DNA of 28,371 nucleotides from an uncultured Arcobacteraceae bacterium (GTDB lineage Bacteria; Campylobacterota; Campylobacteria; Campylobacterales; Arcobacteraceae): NCBI GenBank assembly GCA_964022095.1, contig CAXHZO010000025.1, positions 1 to 28,371 of the forward strand, read 5' to 3'. Shown piece by piece: positions 25,436 to 28,371 of this stretch (position 1 is its first letter; each line of letters starts with the position of its first letter). The notes under the pieces were generated by a model. It saw only the letters and a program-made list of their open reading frames with translations, ran no database searches and was not told where the DNA came from. The position numbers and the translations under genes were made by a program.

Positions 25436-25858
25436 TTAACCTCCATAACAATATTTTGATGTAAATTCAGCCAACGAGTTTAAACTAACTTCTTCGTTGT
25501 CCCTTAGCTGGCCTATTTTATATGCATATGCTTGGTTCTCACATACTTTTATAGATATTTGTTTGTCATTTTTTGTAGCTTGGCATATTGCCCCATATCC
25601 GTAATTTATTTTACCTGCTAAGTTTCTGATGAGTTTAGAGCAAGAAGTAATATTATAATCTGCATATCCATTTTTAATTTTTTGAGGATTTTCATTAAAA
25701 CTTTTTGTTTGTTTTATTGTTTTATCTTCAATAGTATACGAGATATTCTCTCCAGTATTGCTTTTGAAGTTAAATGAACCTTCTTTATTTAGATCATTTG
25801 TATTTGTACAACCAGTAAAAATAGTTAAAAAAATAGCTAATGAAACAATTTTTTTCAT
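25436..25858 (-). CDS. Lipoprotein, putative periplasmic immunity protein for the lysozyme-like effector
   Basis: Lipobox FTGC, four further Cys, stop codon 2 bp before the effector ATG. Confidence 0.72.
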   Translation of the reverse strand: MKKIVSLAIFLTIFTGCTNTNDLNKEGSFNFKSNTGENISYTIEDKTIKQTKSFNENPQKIKNGYADYNITSCSKLIRNLAGKINYGYGAICQATKNDKQISIKVCENQAYAYKIGQLRDNEEVSLNSLAEFTSKYCYGG

Positions 25859-25940
25859 GATTTCCCCTTTTAAATAATATAGAAAGATTTTATCTTATTA
25901 AATATTTATTTATTATTAAAAAATCAGAAAAAAAATTATT

Positions 25941-27893
25941 TTAGTTCATGCTTTGGGTACTATTATTTTGAATTGTATTTGATTGTAAATACATGTAAGA
26001 ATTTTCATATTCTGTATTTTTAACTGAATTTAATGATTCGTAATGATTCTCAATTATGTCATTCTTCTTATTATTTAATATATCTTTTGCATATTCATTG
26101 GAAATAATAGTATTTAAATCTAAATTATTTAAGGCTTTAATTTTATCATCTAAGTTTTTTATTTCTTTGATATTCTCTAATGTTTTTTTGAACTCTTTTA
26201 CCTCTTCTTCTTTATTTGTGTTTTCTATAAATTTAATTCCAAAGCTTTCAAAGTTATCAAGTTTTTCGTCAAAACTGTTTTCTTGTTTTTGTAGTACCTC
26301 TTTGACATCATTTATATTATATTCAATAGATTTATTATCATTAGTATTAAATACAAAGTTTTCTATTTGAGTTCTTTCATTGTCCCAATCTTTTATAATT
26401 ATATTACCATTGTTTTGTAAATTACTCGTATCTTGGATATTTATTATTAAATCATTGTCTTTTTTAGTAAAAGTAAGCATATCTGGTGTTATATTATTGT
26501 GAAATTCTATTGTGTCATTACCACTTCCATATTTGTTTATTGGACTTGCTCCTTCATATATTATATCTTTGCCATCTCCTAATTTATAATAATATATATC
26601 ATCTCCTCTACCACCATTTAGATAATCATTTCCTTTGTTTCCTTCTAAATAATCGTTTTGATTTCCAGTAGTTATAATGTCATTTTTTAGAGATCCATAT
26701 ATTGTATCTTCACTTATTTTTCCAAAGCTTGAGATAAATTTACCTTTGTCTTCTTCATAATATTTTGCATCATCAATTTTGATATGTCTATTATCATCAC
26801 TTATATCTTCTGCAAAGTTTATATTTGAACTTTGTATAGAAGGGTACATATCATATTTCACTAGAGTATTAAATCTTTCAAGTTTATCTTCTAGAAACTT
26901 TTGTGAATAGTTTTCTGGATTTAATAATCCATTATCAGAAGCTTTTTGAATAGAACTTTCATCTTTATCTGTTAAAAAAGCAATATTATTTAGAACTGCA
27001 TACATAGTATATTTATCTTCTGAATTTTTTAGATAGTCCAATGAAATAGCTTTATTCTCTTTATTTAGATAATTTTCAATTAATTGATATTTTTCTCCAT
27101 TGATGTTAAAAAATAATTTTTCATTTTCTTTTAAAGGAACATACTTTAAAAACTCTTTTATATTTTCTTCTGTGGCACCTTGTGTAAAAGTGTATGCGTT
27201 TTCAGATCTTTCATAATTATACTCAATCATTCCAGTATCACTTTGAGCAATAACTGTATAAGAATCATTAGTCTCTTTTAATTCACTTATTGATTGATTT
27301 TTATCTTCATTTGTAAAGTGATGTTTTAAAACACTATCAACTTTTCCACTTGATAAAAAAACAGCATCGTTTGTAATTGGATTTTTCATGATACAAATAT
27401 TTGGACCAACTGTATTATCCCAAATTCCATCTACTTTTGAAGAGACTTTATTTCCCACAAAAAAATCTACAGTCACAGCTCCTGCTGGACCAGATATAAC
27501 AGCAGCACCACTTCCTGCTATGGCACCTGATATATGTGCTGAAAAGAATTTTGTTACTTCTTTTGAACTTTGTTGTAACTTACTAGTTTTAGATACAAGT
27601 TTATAGTCTTTATCTAAGTTTAGTTTTAAAGCTTGCTCTGAGCCTATTAAATTTGTAGATAAATCTAAAGCATTGTTTTTACCATCAGTATATTTTTGAT
27701 AAATTTTTAAGCCATCATCTAAATCTATATTTTTATTTTTTGTAACCATACTTAAAGCTATATTAGAAGCTAAAATAGAGTAATCAGATATATTCGCATC
27801 TTCAATTCCACCATCAGGTAAAAACTCTTTTAATGTATTAGGATTAATAACTTCATTGTAGTTTACTGATTTACTTCCATTTAGTTGGCTCAC
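25941..27893 (-). CDS. Putative effector: unknown/Gly-rich N-terminal domain + RTX and haemolysin-type Ca-binding region + divergent copy of the conserved C-terminal domain
   Basis: SGAIAGSGAAVISGPAGAV; RTX repeats GNKGNDYLN and GGRGDDIYY, then GDGKDII...GNDTIEF...NDLIINI...QIENFVF; the tail aligns with repeat A. GTG start overlaps the ankyrin gene stop. Confidence 0.72.
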   Translation of the reverse strand: MSQLNGSKSVNYNEVINPNTLKEFLPDGGIEDANISDYSILASNIALSMVTKNKNIDLDDGLKIYQKYTDGKNNALDLSTNLIGSEQALKLNLDKDYKLVSKTSKLQQSSKEVTKFFSAHISGAIAGSGAAVISGPAGAVTVDFFVGNKVSSKVDGIWDNTVGPNICIMKNPITNDAVFLSSGKVDSVLKHHFTNEDKNQSISELKETNDSYTVIAQSDTGMIEYNYERSENAYTFTQGATEENIKEFLKYVPLKENEKLFFNINGEKYQLIENYLNKENKAISLDYLKNSEDKYTMYAVLNNIAFLTDKDESSIQKASDNGLLNPENYSQKFLEDKLERFNTLVKYDMYPSIQSSNINFAEDISDDNRHIKIDDAKYYEEDKGKFISSFGKISEDTIYGSLKNDIITTGNQNDYLEGNKGNDYLNGGRGDDIYYYKLGDGKDIIYEGASPINKYGSGNDTIEFHNNITPDMLTFTKKDNDLIINIQDTSNLQNNGNIIIKDWDNERTQIENFVFNTNDNKSIEYNINDVKEVLQKQENSFDEKLDNFESFGIKFIENTNKEEEVKEFKKTLENIKEIKNLDDKIKALNNLDLNTIISNEYAKDILNNKKNDIIENHYESLNSVKNTEYENSYMYLQSNTIQNNSTQSMN

Positions 27894-28371
27894 TTATTAT
27901 CCTTTTTATCCTTAATATATTTTACTCTTTCATTATAAAGCATGAATCTAGCTCCGTATTTTTCTAATAGCCTTATTGTTCTTTCCATGCTTTTTGGTAT
28001 GTTCTTATATTTACCTGTTCCTAGTCTATCTATTTTAAAATTATCTGGATAATCTTTTTTATATTTATCTGCTAGACATAAAGTTAGATGTTCATATATA
28101 TTAGTTATCCCAGTATACTCATTAACATCAACCTTAGGAGATTTAAGTAGTAGCTCTGTTATTTCATATCTTTCATTACATACACTACCCCATAATGCAG
28201 GTTTACCTTCTAATGCTTCTTCTGTTGGGTCAGTAAAAGTTGCTGCATAGTGATACCTTGCTACAAACCTAGTATTATTAGGATTAACACCCCTTTGAAG
28301 TAACATATCAACTACCTCAATTGAATTATTCTTTATTGCATAATATAAAGGTGTTTTTCTTTGTCTATCTA
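27890..28371 (-). CDS. Ankyrin-repeat protein (5' end outside the window), putative immunity protein
   Basis: The frame stays open upstream of the tracked ATG: DRQRKTPLYYAIKNNSIEVVDMLLQRGVNPN is a canonical ankyrin repeat; second repeat GKPALWGSV...ITELLLKSPKVDVN; GTGA overlap with the effector. Confidence 0.85.
   Translation of the reverse strand, partial: DRQRKTPLYYAIKNNSIEVVDMLLQRGVNPNNTRFVARYHYAATFTDPTEEALEGKPALWGSVCNERYEITELLLKSPKVDVNEYTGITNIYEHLTLCLADKYKKDYPDNFKIDRLGTGKYKNIPKSMERTIRLLEKYGARFMLYNERVKYIKDKKDNK

Noticed and set aside
851-27606. All plus-strand ORFs in the track (e.g. 851-1045, 4966-5157, 10466-10762, 20733-21110, 26056-26370)
   Set aside because: Short antisense shadows of long minus-strand genes, with F/L/S/I-biased composition and no recognisable motifs; 4966-5157 is antisense to the hlyD remnant and an immunity gene.
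1-28371. CRISPR array, tRNA/rRNA, IS elements, or a diversity-generating retroelement explaining the repeats
   Set aside because: No regularly spaced short repeats, structured RNA genes, transposase or reverse transcriptase were seen; differences between repeat copies include indels and block changes rather than adenine-specific substitutions.

Overview
Very AT-rich window, probably Campylobacterota (Arcobacteraceae-like; inferred from AT content, TGnTATAAT promoters and protein style), with essentially all real genes on the minus strand. The centre (about 7.0-24.3 kb) is a highly divergent type IV secretion system (T4SS) cluster. It contains a VirB4 ATPase and a tandem ATPase-less paralog, a VirB1 transglycosylase, VirB8-, VirB9-, VirB10-, VirB7-, VirB6-, VirB3- and pilin-like genes, five small exported paralogs and a classical AAA+ ATPase. 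No VirD4, VirB11, relaxase or integrase is visible in the window. Both flanks are arrays of immunity-then-toxin gene pairs. Three otherwise different putative toxins (glycine-zipper, lysozyme-like, RTX-containing) end in a shared C-terminal domain of about 110-150 aa with an Asn-rich tail (QAMG/QAIG/QSMN), a candidate new T4SS translocation signal analogous to the Xanthomonas XVIPCD. A sharp chimeric junction at 1612/1613, a decayed hlyD remnant and a truncated RTX toxin suggest that type I secretion (RTX) toxin-immunity cassettes were captured and re-routed to the T4SS by C-terminal swapping. Overall this is a candidate interbacterial-killing T4SS with a polymorphic effector arsenal. Functions are inferred from motifs and gene context only.
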